Assembly: GCA_013166835.1 (NCBI GenBank)
Contig: JABLTI010000013.1
Span: forward strand, 1 to 41,923
Reading direction: 5' to 3'
From: Promethearchaeati archaeon
GTDB taxonomy: Archaea; Asgardarchaeota; Heimdallarchaeia; JABLTI01
DNA: 41,923 nucleotides
In this document: piece by piece, positions 9,650-19,258 of the stretch
Layout of the letters: every line of letters starts with the position of its first letter
Position numbering within the stretch: position 1 is the stretch's first letter
Notes under the pieces: model-generated
What the model was told of the DNA's origin: nothing
What the model saw: the letters and a program-made list of their open reading frames with translations, nothing else
The model's database searches: none
Program-made: the position numbers and the translations under genes

Positions 9650-10684
9650 TTGAATATCTTTTGTAAGAACAGAATTAATCTTAAATTCCGTAATTCTGAA
9701 TTACTACTCGATCCAGAGGTTATGGATTCTAGTGCTAACTGTATATTCGTTTCTCATGCACATACAGATCATTTGCCAAGAAGTAAGAGAAAACCCAATT
9801 TTACTCCAACTGCTGTGTGCTCAGAAGCAACTGCAAGACTCTTTTTTGAACGAATGGGTTATAAAATTCAGCAGAATAATACTTGGAAGAATGATGATTT
9901 TGAAATTAAAACCCTACCAGGTGGGCACACGTTTGATTCAACAGTAGCTGAGATAATCGATCATGAATCCAATCAAAATATAATTTATACTGGTGACATT
10001 AATATTGAAGATAGAGGATATCTGAAAGGTTTCGAGCCGAAAAAATGTGATATATTAATACTCGAAGCTACCTGGGGGGACCGTGACTACAGATTTCCAT
10101 CTTTTGATAAACAAATTGAACAAGCAAAAGAATTCATTCGTAATGAATTAGAAAAAGGCTATCCGGTAGCACTTCTTGGATATCCACTTGGAAAATCACA
10201 ATTATTGAATTTTTGCTTTGGGAATTTGTGTGAAATACGTTACTCAAGTAATTCAATTTGGAAAATGGAGCAAGTACACAAAGAACTAGGATTAGAACTA
10301 TTTGAAACAAAGAAACTACCACAAAATCCAGATGAAGAAGGATTAGTTGGTAACAGTCCTTGGTTACTATTCTATAATCACATAGGCAATCGAGATCCTA
10401 CACTTAGCAAACTAAAGACAAAATACAATTTGAAGGTTGTCGGTTTTTCAGGTTGGGCTAAAAATCTTGAAAACTACAAATATAGAATGGGTGCAGATGC
10501 TGCTTTCACAATCAGCGATCATTCAGATTATAGTAGTTTATTAGAAATTGTGAAGAAAAGTAATCCTAGCAAAATTTTCACTGTTTTTGGGAATGCTCAA
10601 GATTTAGCTAGAGATCTGCAAAAAGATGGTTTTAATGCTGTACCAATAAAAAAAGGACAATCTACATTGGATAATTTCTTTTGA
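9650..10684 (+). CDS. Metallo-beta-lactamase/beta-CASP fold exonuclease with C-terminal PIP box
   Basis: SHAHTDH, GH, YTGD, LEATWG, LGKSQ, FSGW, SDHSD; ends QSTLDNFF. Confidence 0.88.
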   Translation: MNIFCKNRINLKFRNSELLLDPEVMDSSANCIFVSHAHTDHLPRSKRKPNFTPTAVCSEATARLFFERMGYKIQQNNTWKNDDFEIKTLPGGHTFDSTVAEIIDHESNQNIIYTGDINIEDRGYLKGFEPKKCDILILEATWGDRDYRFPSFDKQIEQAKEFIRNELEKGYPVALLGYPLGKSQLLNFCFGNLCEIRYSSNSIWKMEQVHKELGLELFETKKLPQNPDEEGLVGNSPWLLFYNHIGNRDPTLSKLKTKYNLKVVGFSGWAKNLENYKYRMGADAAFTISDHSDYSSLLEIVKKSNPSKIFTVFGNAQDLARDLQKDGFNAVPIKKGQSTLDNFF

Positions 10685-10693
10685 TGGAAAATA

Positions 10694-11062
10694 TTAGTCT
10701 TCTTGAATTTCCAAATGCTCTCGAGCATAAATAATTAACCCTCTTCGTTTTGCAAATTTCACTGCTGAATCACTGAATAAGTTTGACACAATCATTCCTT
10801 TTCTATCATTCAAATCATTTAAAATTCGTTCAAAACGTATTAGACGATCTACTCCAACAGCTCGTTTCCAATCAACAATTTTCACAAATAATTGATTAAT
10901 TTCTAAATCTGAGTTTGTTTTCAATAACATCTCAAAATGGTGTTTTTTTCCGCTTGTTCCGACTACATCAACTTCCCTTTGAATTACGAAATCCATACTT
11001 TTGAAAAATGCTTTGGCTAACTCTAGTAAATCCTGTAACTCTTCATCGTTGTTTGGCAACAC
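10694..11062 (-). CDS. Mrr-like restriction-endonuclease-fold protein, catalytic motif degenerate
   Basis: GTSGKKHHFE, DWKRAVGVD, KGMIVS..FSDSAVKFA; expected D..ExK residues not conserved. Confidence 0.7.
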   Translation of the reverse strand: MLPNNDEELQDLLELAKAFFKSMDFVIQREVDVVGTSGKKHHFEMLLKTNSDLEINQLFVKIVDWKRAVGVDRLIRFERILNDLNDRKGMIVSNLFSDSAVKFAKRRGLIIYAREHLEIQED

Positions 11063-11115
11063 CTGTATGAGAGACCTCCTAATTCACCTGCAATATTTCA
11101 TCACTAACAATACTA

Positions 11116-12213
11116 CTATTTTAATTCTTGTTCTTTTACTTTTTCTCTTGAAATACGCGATTTTTCCACAATTTCTTCAAGATTTTGCATACCTATTTCT
11201 CGTTTTTTATTTTCTATTTCTTGAATAGCTTTTACGAGAAAGCTGTTGAGTGGTGCTTCTAAACCAAATTCTTTAGCTTTCTTTACTATATAACCATTTA
11301 TGAAATCAACCTCAGTTTTTCGTCCAGCCTTCAAGTCCCATAAGAGAGAGGATTTTATTGCTCCATGTCTTTTAATACTCACTAGTTTAATGATATTACT
11401 TAAGAGCCCAAATTTTATTCTTGTAAATAGACTATCTTTAGTTCTAGCTTTGTATAGGAAAGAACGGAGATTTATGTTATCTACTTTTTCAAGAGTAATA
11501 TTGTTTGCTTCGGCAATGTGTATACCTTCTCTTTTCGTATCACCCATTATTTGGGATAAGATTTTGTGATTATAGAGTTCACCTATTGTTAAATCAAATA
11601 ATGCACTTAAGGGTGCAATTACAGAGTTTACTATTAGTTTACTCCACCTATACCCAACAATATTATCAGTTAAAATAGTTGGTCTCCAAAGATCAAGTAA
11701 GGATTTCATCTCAATTAATCTCTGATCATCAGAATTGTTGCCAGCTTCAAAACCTAAAATAAAATTACCAGTTTTTGATGTAATCCTTATTCTCCCAGGT
11801 TCGGATTTAGTAGCTCCCCAACCAACTACTCCTGCAACAATTTGTTCTTGAGGGAGATATTTAGCCATAATGTCTGTATTACCAAAACCGTTTTGTAAAC
11901 TATAAACGAGACTATTAGGAGTTAATACTGATTTTATATCCTTCATTGCTTTTTCAGTATCTAAATTTTTAACAACAACTAAGATATGCTTAAATTTTCG
12001 GTCAAAATCTTTTATGTTATTCTCAATTGGAATTGTGAAAGGTTTCTCAAAATCTTCTATTAACAAACCATTCTTCTTGATTGCATCGTAATGATCACCT
12101 TTTCTATTTACAAAATAGACATCTTTATTTGCAGATTGAATAATTGCTCCTATTGTTCCTCCAATAGCACCTGCACCAATAATTAATACTTCTCCTGTTT
12201 GCATCTTCTTCAT
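11116..12213 (-). CDS. panE: 2-dehydropantoate 2-reductase (ketopantoate reductase family)
   Basis: IIGAGAIG, SLQNG, WSKLIVN, SSLLWDLKAGRKTEVDFING. Confidence 0.85.
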   Translation of the reverse strand: MKKMQTGEVLIIGAGAIGGTIGAIIQSANKDVYFVNRKGDHYDAIKKNGLLIEDFEKPFTIPIENNIKDFDRKFKHILVVVKNLDTEKAMKDIKSVLTPNSLVYSLQNGFGNTDIMAKYLPQEQIVAGVVGWGATKSEPGRIRITSKTGNFILGFEAGNNSDDQRLIEMKSLLDLWRPTILTDNIVGYRWSKLIVNSVIAPLSALFDLTIGELYNHKILSQIMGDTKREGIHIAEANNITLEKVDNINLRSFLYKARTKDSLFTRIKFGLLSNIIKLVSIKRHGAIKSSLLWDLKAGRKTEVDFINGYIVKKAKEFGLEAPLNSFLVKAIQEIENKKREIGMQNLEEIVEKSRISREKVKEQELK

Positions 12214-12405
12214 AGAAATTCACCACATGAAAGGACTTCTAAGTATGTGTTTGCAGTAAACAACTAATAAGAGCTATAAATCAGTAGATTTATTTCTTTC
12301 GCTAAAAGTAATAAGACCAATCAAAATAACATTGTTTCCTTATCAATAAATACAGAAATACTAAAAATTCAAAAACAATTTAAGACACTATGGGATTAGT
12401 TTGTA

Positions 12406-13554
12406 ATGGAAGGTATGAATATGGATTTGGATTCCTCAAAAGATATTGAACAAGAAACTCTTTTTGATAAAAAAATAAGTATTAAAAACATTTTAACTGA
12501 GGGTATAGCACAATTCCATTTGAAAATCGCGGGAAACAAAATCTCTGCAGCGAGAATCGAAGGATCATTTGATAATTATATTGAATACAGTAAGCTGCTG
12601 AAAAGCAATTCGTGGGATAAAGGATTAAGTGTTTCTCTTGATAAAGTCACTCTTTATCCATATCACCTTCAAGTTGCTTATGTACAAGCTTTTGAAAAAT
12701 TATTGGGAAATGCTTTGGAAGTTTCTAATAGAGCAAAATATTTACGAACAATCATTCTAGAGTTAGAAAGAATATCCCATCATCTCTCATTCATTGGTGT
12801 TTTAGGAAAAGGTGTCTCTTATCCACTTTTATTCTCTAAAGCAATTTCATTACGAAAAATTATTATTGATTTTATAATTGATTTAACGAATTCTTCTGAT
12901 AGAAAATCCTACATTAAATTTGGAGGAGTTTCTAAAGATATTGATGTGAAACTAACTAATAGAGCATTTTCTGTTTTAGAGATAATCAAGAAAAGTAGCT
13001 TGAAACTGAGAAAGAAAATTTCTAGAAATTCCATATTAAAAGGATTATTGCAAGATGTAGGATTTTTATCTCGAGATTCAGCTAAAAAATTATCTTTAGT
13101 AGGACCTATAGCAAGAGCCTCAGGTGTAACAGCTGATGTCAGAAGAACAGATCCTTATGCAGCCTATGAAGCAGTTCAATTCAATGTTCCAGTGTATGAT
13201 TCTTGTGATCTCTATGGAGAAGTGATGGTTCGAGTTGATGAAATCATAGAATCTATAAATATATTAAAACAACTTCTATCAAACCTACCAGAAGGAAGCT
13301 TAAATCAGGAATTTACTCAAGATCAGATTCCAGCAAAAAATTCCATTATGCGTATTGAAACACCATCTGGAGAGCTCTTTAGTTTTGCAATTAGTAAGAA
13401 AGGTACACTTGCTGAAAAACCTGTAAATTATAGTATTGTCTCTCCAATTAAACTTAATATACTAGGAGTTCTTTCCCGACTTTCTGGAGAATCATATGAT
13501 AATGTATTAGCTATCTTACTATTAATAGGTGAAGGCTGGAGTAGTTTCATGTAG
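12406..13554 (+). CDS. NuoD/group-4 hydrogenase large-subunit homologue lacking metal-binding motifs
   Basis: LRTIILELERISHHL, GPIARASGV..DVR..DPYAAY, VR.DE..ES, IETPSGE; no CxxC at either end. Confidence 0.8.
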   Translation: MEGMNMDLDSSKDIEQETLFDKKISIKNILTEGIAQFHLKIAGNKISAARIEGSFDNYIEYSKLLKSNSWDKGLSVSLDKVTLYPYHLQVAYVQAFEKLLGNALEVSNRAKYLRTIILELERISHHLSFIGVLGKGVSYPLLFSKAISLRKIIIDFIIDLTNSSDRKSYIKFGGVSKDIDVKLTNRAFSVLEIIKKSSLKLRKKISRNSILKGLLQDVGFLSRDSAKKLSLVGPIARASGVTADVRRTDPYAAYEAVQFNVPVYDSCDLYGEVMVRVDEIIESINILKQLLSNLPEGSLNQEFTQDQIPAKNSIMRIETPSGELFSFAISKKGTLAEKPVNYSIVSPIKLNILGVLSRLSGESYDNVLAILLLIGEGWSSFM

Positions 13555-13575
13555 AGTCACAAAAAAATTAGTGTT

Positions 13576-14610
13576 CTACTTTTTTATTGGATGACTTTCA
13601 GAAGGCTCATTATCTAATCTTGTTAGTTTTTTAGTTGATTGAATAAATTTTCTCAAGTTTTTTCGTTCAAATATTAAGAAAATTGCTAGTTGAAGTGAAA
13701 CTCCACCTATTATCCAATATACTGATCCCATCTCTCTTCCGGGTTCTTCAAATGAACTAGAAACAATATCGATGCTTTTCGTAATAACGAGTACTCCTTC
13801 CGCAACATTTGGAAAGCTACTCATTTGTTTCATATTTGAAGTAGTCGTTCCTGAAACCAATAAACCATCGGTATACCCATACGAAAGCCTAGTTTGGTTT
13901 TCGAATTCACCAAAATAGACATACTTTCCTAGGTAATCAGATAATATGAATTCTTCATATAGTGTAATATTCGAAAGTAAATTAGTTACATTACGTATTC
14001 CCTCAAACGTTGAGATAAGACTGTAGTTTGTGACTTGATAATTATTTGCTTTGATGGTAAGATTTTCTCCAATTGTAAGATTGGCTTTTGTCCAGAAAAA
14101 TGCGGTGGTATTTATTGGATAATAAGATGTATTTGTTGAAGAAGAGATTCGATGTGTATAATTATCGATAGTTATATTATCTTCTGCTAAATTAAAGTAC
14201 TCAGTTGAGTGTCTTTGAATAGTTTGGTTTTCATTTATCATTAATTCCTCATTGGATGAATAAGTATATTGCTGCACTATGTCAAATTTAATTTCATCCT
14301 CTGTTACATTCATTACTTTTATTGAAATCCCTGTGATTTCTTCTATTGACCATCTCAAAGCAGTATAATTAACAGTTTCCAATGTTTGATTGTCATTTTT
14401 CTCCAAATACAATCCTGTTATGTTTCCTTCGAAATTAAAATTGATAGCTTCTTCATAAGAAAAGATATCATCTATTTTAAAGAGATAATGATTTGCAGAA
14501 GTAGAATCATCTAAGAGTTTTGCACCAGAAACTAAGGTTGTGAATATAATTAAAATGCAAAATATTACAGAGAACAAAGTTCGATATATTCGTTTGTAAT
14601 TTTTTTGCAT
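13576..14610 (-). CDS. Predicted surface glycoprotein (N-terminal signal, C-terminal TM anchor)
   Basis: Hydrophobic N-terminus, roughly 15 N-x-S/T sequons by eye, VYWIIGG.. TM followed by basic residues. Confidence 0.75.
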   Translation of the reverse strand: MQKNYKRIYRTLFSVIFCILIIFTTLVSGAKLLDDSTSANHYLFKIDDIFSYEEAINFNFEGNITGLYLEKNDNQTLETVNYTALRWSIEEITGISIKVMNVTEDEIKFDIVQQYTYSSNEELMINENQTIQRHSTEYFNLAEDNITIDNYTHRISSSTNTSYYPINTTAFFWTKANLTIGENLTIKANNYQVTNYSLISTFEGIRNVTNLLSNITLYEEFILSDYLGKYVYFGEFENQTRLSYGYTDGLLVSGTTTSNMKQMSSFPNVAEGVLVITKSIDIVSSSFEEPGREMGSVYWIIGGVSLQLAIFLIFERKNLRKFIQSTKKLTRLDNEPSESHPIKK

Positions 14611-14775
14611 GTCTTAATAGCTCCCAAATTAGCAAATCTAATTGTTGCGTCAAAAGATTTTTAGCATTTCTCAATTAATCATTTAAATATTAAATATCCT
14701 TAGTATTAAAAGGGAAAAACTAGAATAAATTTCCTTCTATATAAAGCAAAGGATAACTAATTGGAGAAGCGCTAG

Positions 14776-15831
14776 ATGTTAGGTCCATGGTTTGAAATCG
14801 TAATATTTCCAGGATTTGTCTTTATAGTTATTCTAGCAATTTTAAGTGAACAAATAAATAATCGACTTAATTCTCGCTTCTACTTCAAGACAGAAAAAAC
14901 ACCAATGTTTATTCCAATTGTTGAAAATTTCAAGTTTTACATAAAAGGAGAGCAAGAAAGTATAAGTAGAAATTCTATTCTCCAAGGAATAATACTAGTT
15001 CTTATGGTAGCTTTACCATTATTTAGTTCCTTACTGCTACCAATCAACCTTTGGAGATCATTTGAAAATCTCCAAATACCAAACTGGATAGGTGTTTATG
15101 GTGGGTATACTGGTACAAATGAAGGTATTGTAGGAGTTATTACTTTTGAAGGGGATCTCCTTTTATTATTTGTACTAATACTATTTTTTGGTTTCCTCAC
15201 ATTTTTGGCTCAATACTTGAATAAACATCATTCCGCGAAAGAATCCCTAACAAAAACTTTCACTTTTATGATTTTTGACATTCCATTATTTTTTGTTTTA
15301 ATTGGTCCAATTATCGCTAAGAGATCTTTAAGTTTAACAATTCTTGCAGAAGATATTCGTAGGATTGTTAATTCCAATTTAACTTTTGGATTAGTATTTT
15401 TACTTCCAATAGCTGTTGTGGTTTCGTTGTTTTGTTTAGCTATGAAATTTGATCAACCTTATTTTGATCGAATTAATACTGATAGCATTATTAGAAGTAA
15501 TGCTCCTACTCCTAAGAATTGGAAATTAAATTTTTGGAATCTCTCCATGAGACTCATGGAAGTTGTCATCGCAGGTTTAATAGTTTCTGTTTTTTTAGGA
15601 GGTTCCTATTTACCAATACCTATTCACGGGAATTATCAGATATTAGCCAACACTGCGAATTTTATTTTCAAGTGTCTTGTTGTATTAATGATTACTACAA
15701 TAATTCGAGCATTAAGACCCCGAATGAGAGCAAATCAAACATTCAATTTTGCTTTGAAAATACTTACACCTCTTAGTTTTCTTTCGATTCTTCTAACCGG
15801 GGGTTATATTGGTTTAGTTGGTATAAATTGA
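14776..15831 (+). CDS. Divergent complex I subunit 1 (NuoH/EchB-like) membrane protein
   Basis: IFPG N-terminus, about 8 TM, VFLGG, IR...PRMR.NQ (cf. PR.R.DQ), PLS in the last helix. Confidence 0.75.
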   Translation: MLGPWFEIVIFPGFVFIVILAILSEQINNRLNSRFYFKTEKTPMFIPIVENFKFYIKGEQESISRNSILQGIILVLMVALPLFSSLLLPINLWRSFENLQIPNWIGVYGGYTGTNEGIVGVITFEGDLLLLFVLILFFGFLTFLAQYLNKHHSAKESLTKTFTFMIFDIPLFFVLIGPIIAKRSLSLTILAEDIRRIVNSNLTFGLVFLLPIAVVVSLFCLAMKFDQPYFDRINTDSIIRSNAPTPKNWKLNFWNLSMRLMEVVIAGLIVSVFLGGSYLPIPIHGNYQILANTANFIFKCLVVLMITTIIRALRPRMRANQTFNFALKILTPLSFLSILLTGGYIGLVGIN

Positions 15832-15886
15832 ACTACGTGAATGATTACGTTAATAAAACATGATGTAATATTCTTTCTTGTAATAG

Positions 15887-16519
15887 GTGAAGTTTGCTAT
15901 GGTAAGTGACTCATTTCAATTAGCTATGTTCATTATTTCACCAATCGTGCTTATTCTAGATGCCATTGTAATTACTACAGGCATTTTTCGAAAACTCATT
16001 AGAAAAGAGAAAGAGGATATTGAGGAACGTACTAGACTTTTCTCTATGGTAGATGTTATGGAGAAAATAGGTATTGGTCTTGGTATTCTTACCTTAATCT
16101 TGGCAGGATTTCTTGCAGTAAATATTCCTGATATACAAGGTGAATGGTTAGGTTGGTTCAATCCAATAACAATTATTTTTCTTGTAATTATTGGATGTCT
16201 ACTTGCACTAAGAACCCTAGATGATACACCTGTAACAGCCCTTATTGCAATACTTGCTGGTTTACTAGGAGCAGCAGTTTTCGCAGCAGCATTCGGAGAA
16301 AATGAATATGGCAGATGGATTTACTTTGCAGTGTTCTTGGTAGTTGATGTAATTGTTTTCATTCTGGTACGAATGTTAACGAAACAAATGGCTATGATTG
16401 GAAGAATTCTGAATTGGTTCCCAGTAGCAATTATTGTAGTATTTGCTTGCTTAGGTTGGGGAATATTTCAAATAGTTTTGTTAATTATGCAAGGTATAAA
16501 TCTGGTAATATTACCATAA
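15887..16519 (+). CDS. Hypothetical polytopic membrane protein (6-7 TM)
   Basis: Multiple hydrophobic helices; co-oriented 55 bp after the NuoH-like gene. Confidence 0.75.
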   Translation: MKFAMVSDSFQLAMFIISPIVLILDAIVITTGIFRKLIRKEKEDIEERTRLFSMVDVMEKIGIGLGILTLILAGFLAVNIPDIQGEWLGWFNPITIIFLVIIGCLLALRTLDDTPVTALIAILAGLLGAAVFAAAFGENEYGRWIYFAVFLVVDVIVFILVRMLTKQMAMIGRILNWFPVAIIVVFACLGWGIFQIVLLIMQGINLVILP

Positions 16520-16640
16520 ATAACGATGATCGAGTTTCTCGATCAATTCTTTTTTTCTTGAAAAAATCAGTGGATAATAAATTAAAAAAAATAAGTGAAA
16601 AAAAATGAAAAAAGAAAATGAAATATTAGATTAATGATCT

Positions 16641-18131
16641 CTAATAATCATCTTCGTCGTCTTCGTATTCTTCTTCATCTTCTTCTTCTAAAGCATCCAT
16701 TTCAGCAATCTCTTCAGCAATTTCTTCGCCAGGTCCACCGTAATCTTCTTCTAATGCTAGTTCAACTTCGTCAGTTTCTTCAATTTCCTCTGGTTCTTCA
16801 AAGATATCTTCCGGAATTTCTTCAACTAATTCAGATGCTTCAGTCTTCAAGGCAATCATGAATCTACGAGCTAATAAGTCATAAAACTTAGTTAGTTCAC
16901 CAAGATCATTGGCTTCGTAAAATTCGCCTCTACCAATTTCAGATAATCGTTTCAATAGACGGTTATCAGCTTCTCCTAAACCAATAGTATAAAGTACTGT
17001 ATTTGGATAGTCTCGTCCGCATTTTCGAGCGATTGGTACAGGATTTATGCCTAAACCGTTACCTTTGTTCGGTTGTCCATCTGTTAAGAGAACAATCATT
17101 GCCGGATTCCTTTTACCAGTTATAGAATTAGGCTCAAATTTTGCAGTCATTTCATAAGCTTGTTGTAATGCTCCACTCATAAAAGTGAGACCACCACCTT
17201 TTGAACATCTTTTTGAGACATAATCTGCAATTATTTCTAAGCCAGCAGATTTTGCTTGTCCTGTACAAGCAATGACTGGTGTTGGACTTCCAGTTCCATA
17301 GTCTACTTCGAAAACATCAACGTCACCAGCAAAGCTGATTATGGAGAGCTGTTCTCCCCAACCTCGAGAAACTTTCTGAGATAAGAAAAGCAATGTCGCT
17401 AATGCTGCGCCTTTGATTCGTGAGACCTTTTTCTCATCGAATTCATCTAAGAGATTTTCTAAATCTCTTCCACCCTTTAAGCCTCGTCGAAGACCTTCAA
17501 CTGCTGTACCTGTTCCTTTTACAACCATATCTTCTTTGCTCATTGAGCCAGATACATCAAGAACTAAGACTGCGTTAAATGACATTTCACTTGCTGGAAC
17601 CAATTGAACTTCAATTTCTTTTCCAGAAGGATCGATAATTCCAACTTCATCACCTTCTATTTCTGGATCAGATTCTAAGAAAATGATTTTGACATGACCA
17701 CAACCTGCATCAGGCCAATCGACTTGCAAGTTTCTGTAAATCGGACGATTTCTAATAACTGAAGTCATCTCATCAAAGTTTTCTAATATATAAGAAATGC
17801 ATTCCTCAACTGGTTGACCTTCTAAAGGTTCGATTCCAAATTTTACTCGAGTAATTGGCTCTCTTTTCAAATGAGCTTTTCTGACCTTTACTCGATCACC
17901 ATCACTGATATTAGCAGAATCTAGTATCCCATTGTCAACAGCAATAGATTCAGCTTCAACCTCATCATTCTCCAATACCTGTACAGCACAGCTATCTTCA
18001 AATTCATTGATGAGTTGAATTATATCAAAATCGTCTACGCCGATTCTTTCCATATCACGTTTATTCAGGTAGGATCTTCCGTCAATTTCACCTACATTAA
18101 TGACTGAAATATCAATAATTTTCTCAACCAT
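16641..18131 (-). CDS. CDC48-N-like domain + von Willebrand A domain + acidic tail protein
   Basis: N-terminal DMERIGVDDFDIIQL...IAVD..ILDSANISDGDRVKVRKA resembles the p97/VAT double-psi barrel; MIDAS DVSGS...T...LTDG; last about 70 aa D/E-rich. Confidence 0.8.
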   Translation of the reverse strand: MVEKIIDISVINVGEIDGRSYLNKRDMERIGVDDFDIIQLINEFEDSCAVQVLENDEVEAESIAVDNGILDSANISDGDRVKVRKAHLKREPITRVKFGIEPLEGQPVEECISYILENFDEMTSVIRNRPIYRNLQVDWPDAGCGHVKIIFLESDPEIEGDEVGIIDPSGKEIEVQLVPASEMSFNAVLVLDVSGSMSKEDMVVKGTGTAVEGLRRGLKGGRDLENLLDEFDEKKVSRIKGAALATLLFLSQKVSRGWGEQLSIISFAGDVDVFEVDYGTGSPTPVIACTGQAKSAGLEIIADYVSKRCSKGGGLTFMSGALQQAYEMTAKFEPNSITGKRNPAMIVLLTDGQPNKGNGLGINPVPIARKCGRDYPNTVLYTIGLGEADNRLLKRLSEIGRGEFYEANDLGELTKFYDLLARRFMIALKTEASELVEEIPEDIFEEPEEIEETDEVELALEEDYGGPGEEIAEEIAEMDALEEEDEEEYEDDEDDY

Positions 18132-18320
18132 TTTACATCATCACTGTTTTTTTGTGTAATTTTTATATATGATTACATACATTTACATACTTTACCTTTT
18201 AAAATGTTTGCATTTGGAGATAGCACAGAAATAAGAAACAAGATCATTTGAAAAATACTAGCAAATAGTATAAAAAATAAGAAAAATAAAGAAAAAAAAG
18301 TAAAAATCTAGACAAGGAGA

Positions 18321-18857
18321 CTAATCATCAAATATGAATTCAAAGGATTTTTCTGCCTGAACTCCACCTGTCTGATCTTCATAATATATACGTAGAGTGT
18401 ATTCTAAAAAGTGTCCAAATATGAATAAACCTTCAGCGGTTTCTCCTTCAGGAGGGAGGGGTGGGAAAAGTGAACTGGCAGTAAAATTAATTGTCACCGT
18501 GAGTTCTTGACTCTTCTGTAATGTTATCCAATAAGCAGAGCCATTTCTAAAAGCCATTGGAGTATTGTCCCCATATACTATACTGTCTCTAAGAATAGTG
18601 ACTTCTTTCAGAATTCCTACATCATAATCACAAATCATCCTAAAGGATAGCTGAATATTATCAGTAGTATTTCCTCTGATGGAATTAGCTTTTATGGTCA
18701 TATTAAGATCTTGACCATAAAACGGAATTGTTGCAGCCATTACAATAAAAAATACAGCTAAAACTGATGCAGCGACAATTATACCTATCATTATAGGGGT
18801 CATAGCTTTTCGATTTTTTAAGATACTTGAGAGCTTCATTGATTCAACACTATCCAT
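18321..18857 (-). CDS. Type IV pilin/archaellin-like protein (class III signal peptide)
   Basis: KNRKA/MTPIMIGIIVAASVLAVFFIV: basic leader, cleavage after A, TP-hydrophobic helix. Confidence 0.7.
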   Translation of the reverse strand: MDSVESMKLSSILKNRKAMTPIMIGIIVAASVLAVFFIVMAATIPFYGQDLNMTIKANSIRGNTTDNIQLSFRMICDYDVGILKEVTILRDSIVYGDNTPMAFRNGSAYWITLQKSQELTVTINFTASSLFPPLPPEGETAEGLFIFGHFLEYTLRIYYEDQTGGVQAEKSFEFIFDD

Positions 18858-19258
18858 CTTGATCGGTTCTTGAATGAATTATTTATCAAACCTATTACAA
18901 ACACTTTCAGATTGTTAATATTCCTTTAAAGTTATTTGGATAATTAATAATTTTTCCTTTCAAATGTTAATTGAAATCAGTTTTACTGTTAAAAAATGAT
19001 TTTTAAAGAATTTGGTTCATTCTTTTTTATTAATATAAATTGCATTTTTATCACTTTTGCACTAATAATTGAATTTATTATAAGATACAAGGTATACAGT
19101 AATAAGAAAACTTACACCTATTAAAATTATTCAAAATTGAAATTTGTCGAAGACTAGTACGTATCGAAAACTTAAATAGGTAATTTTTGTAGGGATAAAA
19201 TAAGTTTACTAGAAATATAAATAAATCAAGGAAATAAAAACAATCGGAGATTCTCTCG

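Noticed and set aside
9650-11062. Nuclease + Mrr-like pair as an antiviral defence system
   Set aside because: Convergent orientation, degenerate Mrr active site and a PIP box pointing to housekeeping repair; no other defence genes nearby
12406-13554. Functional [NiFe]-hydrogenase large subunit
   Set aside because: All four metal-ligating cysteines are missing
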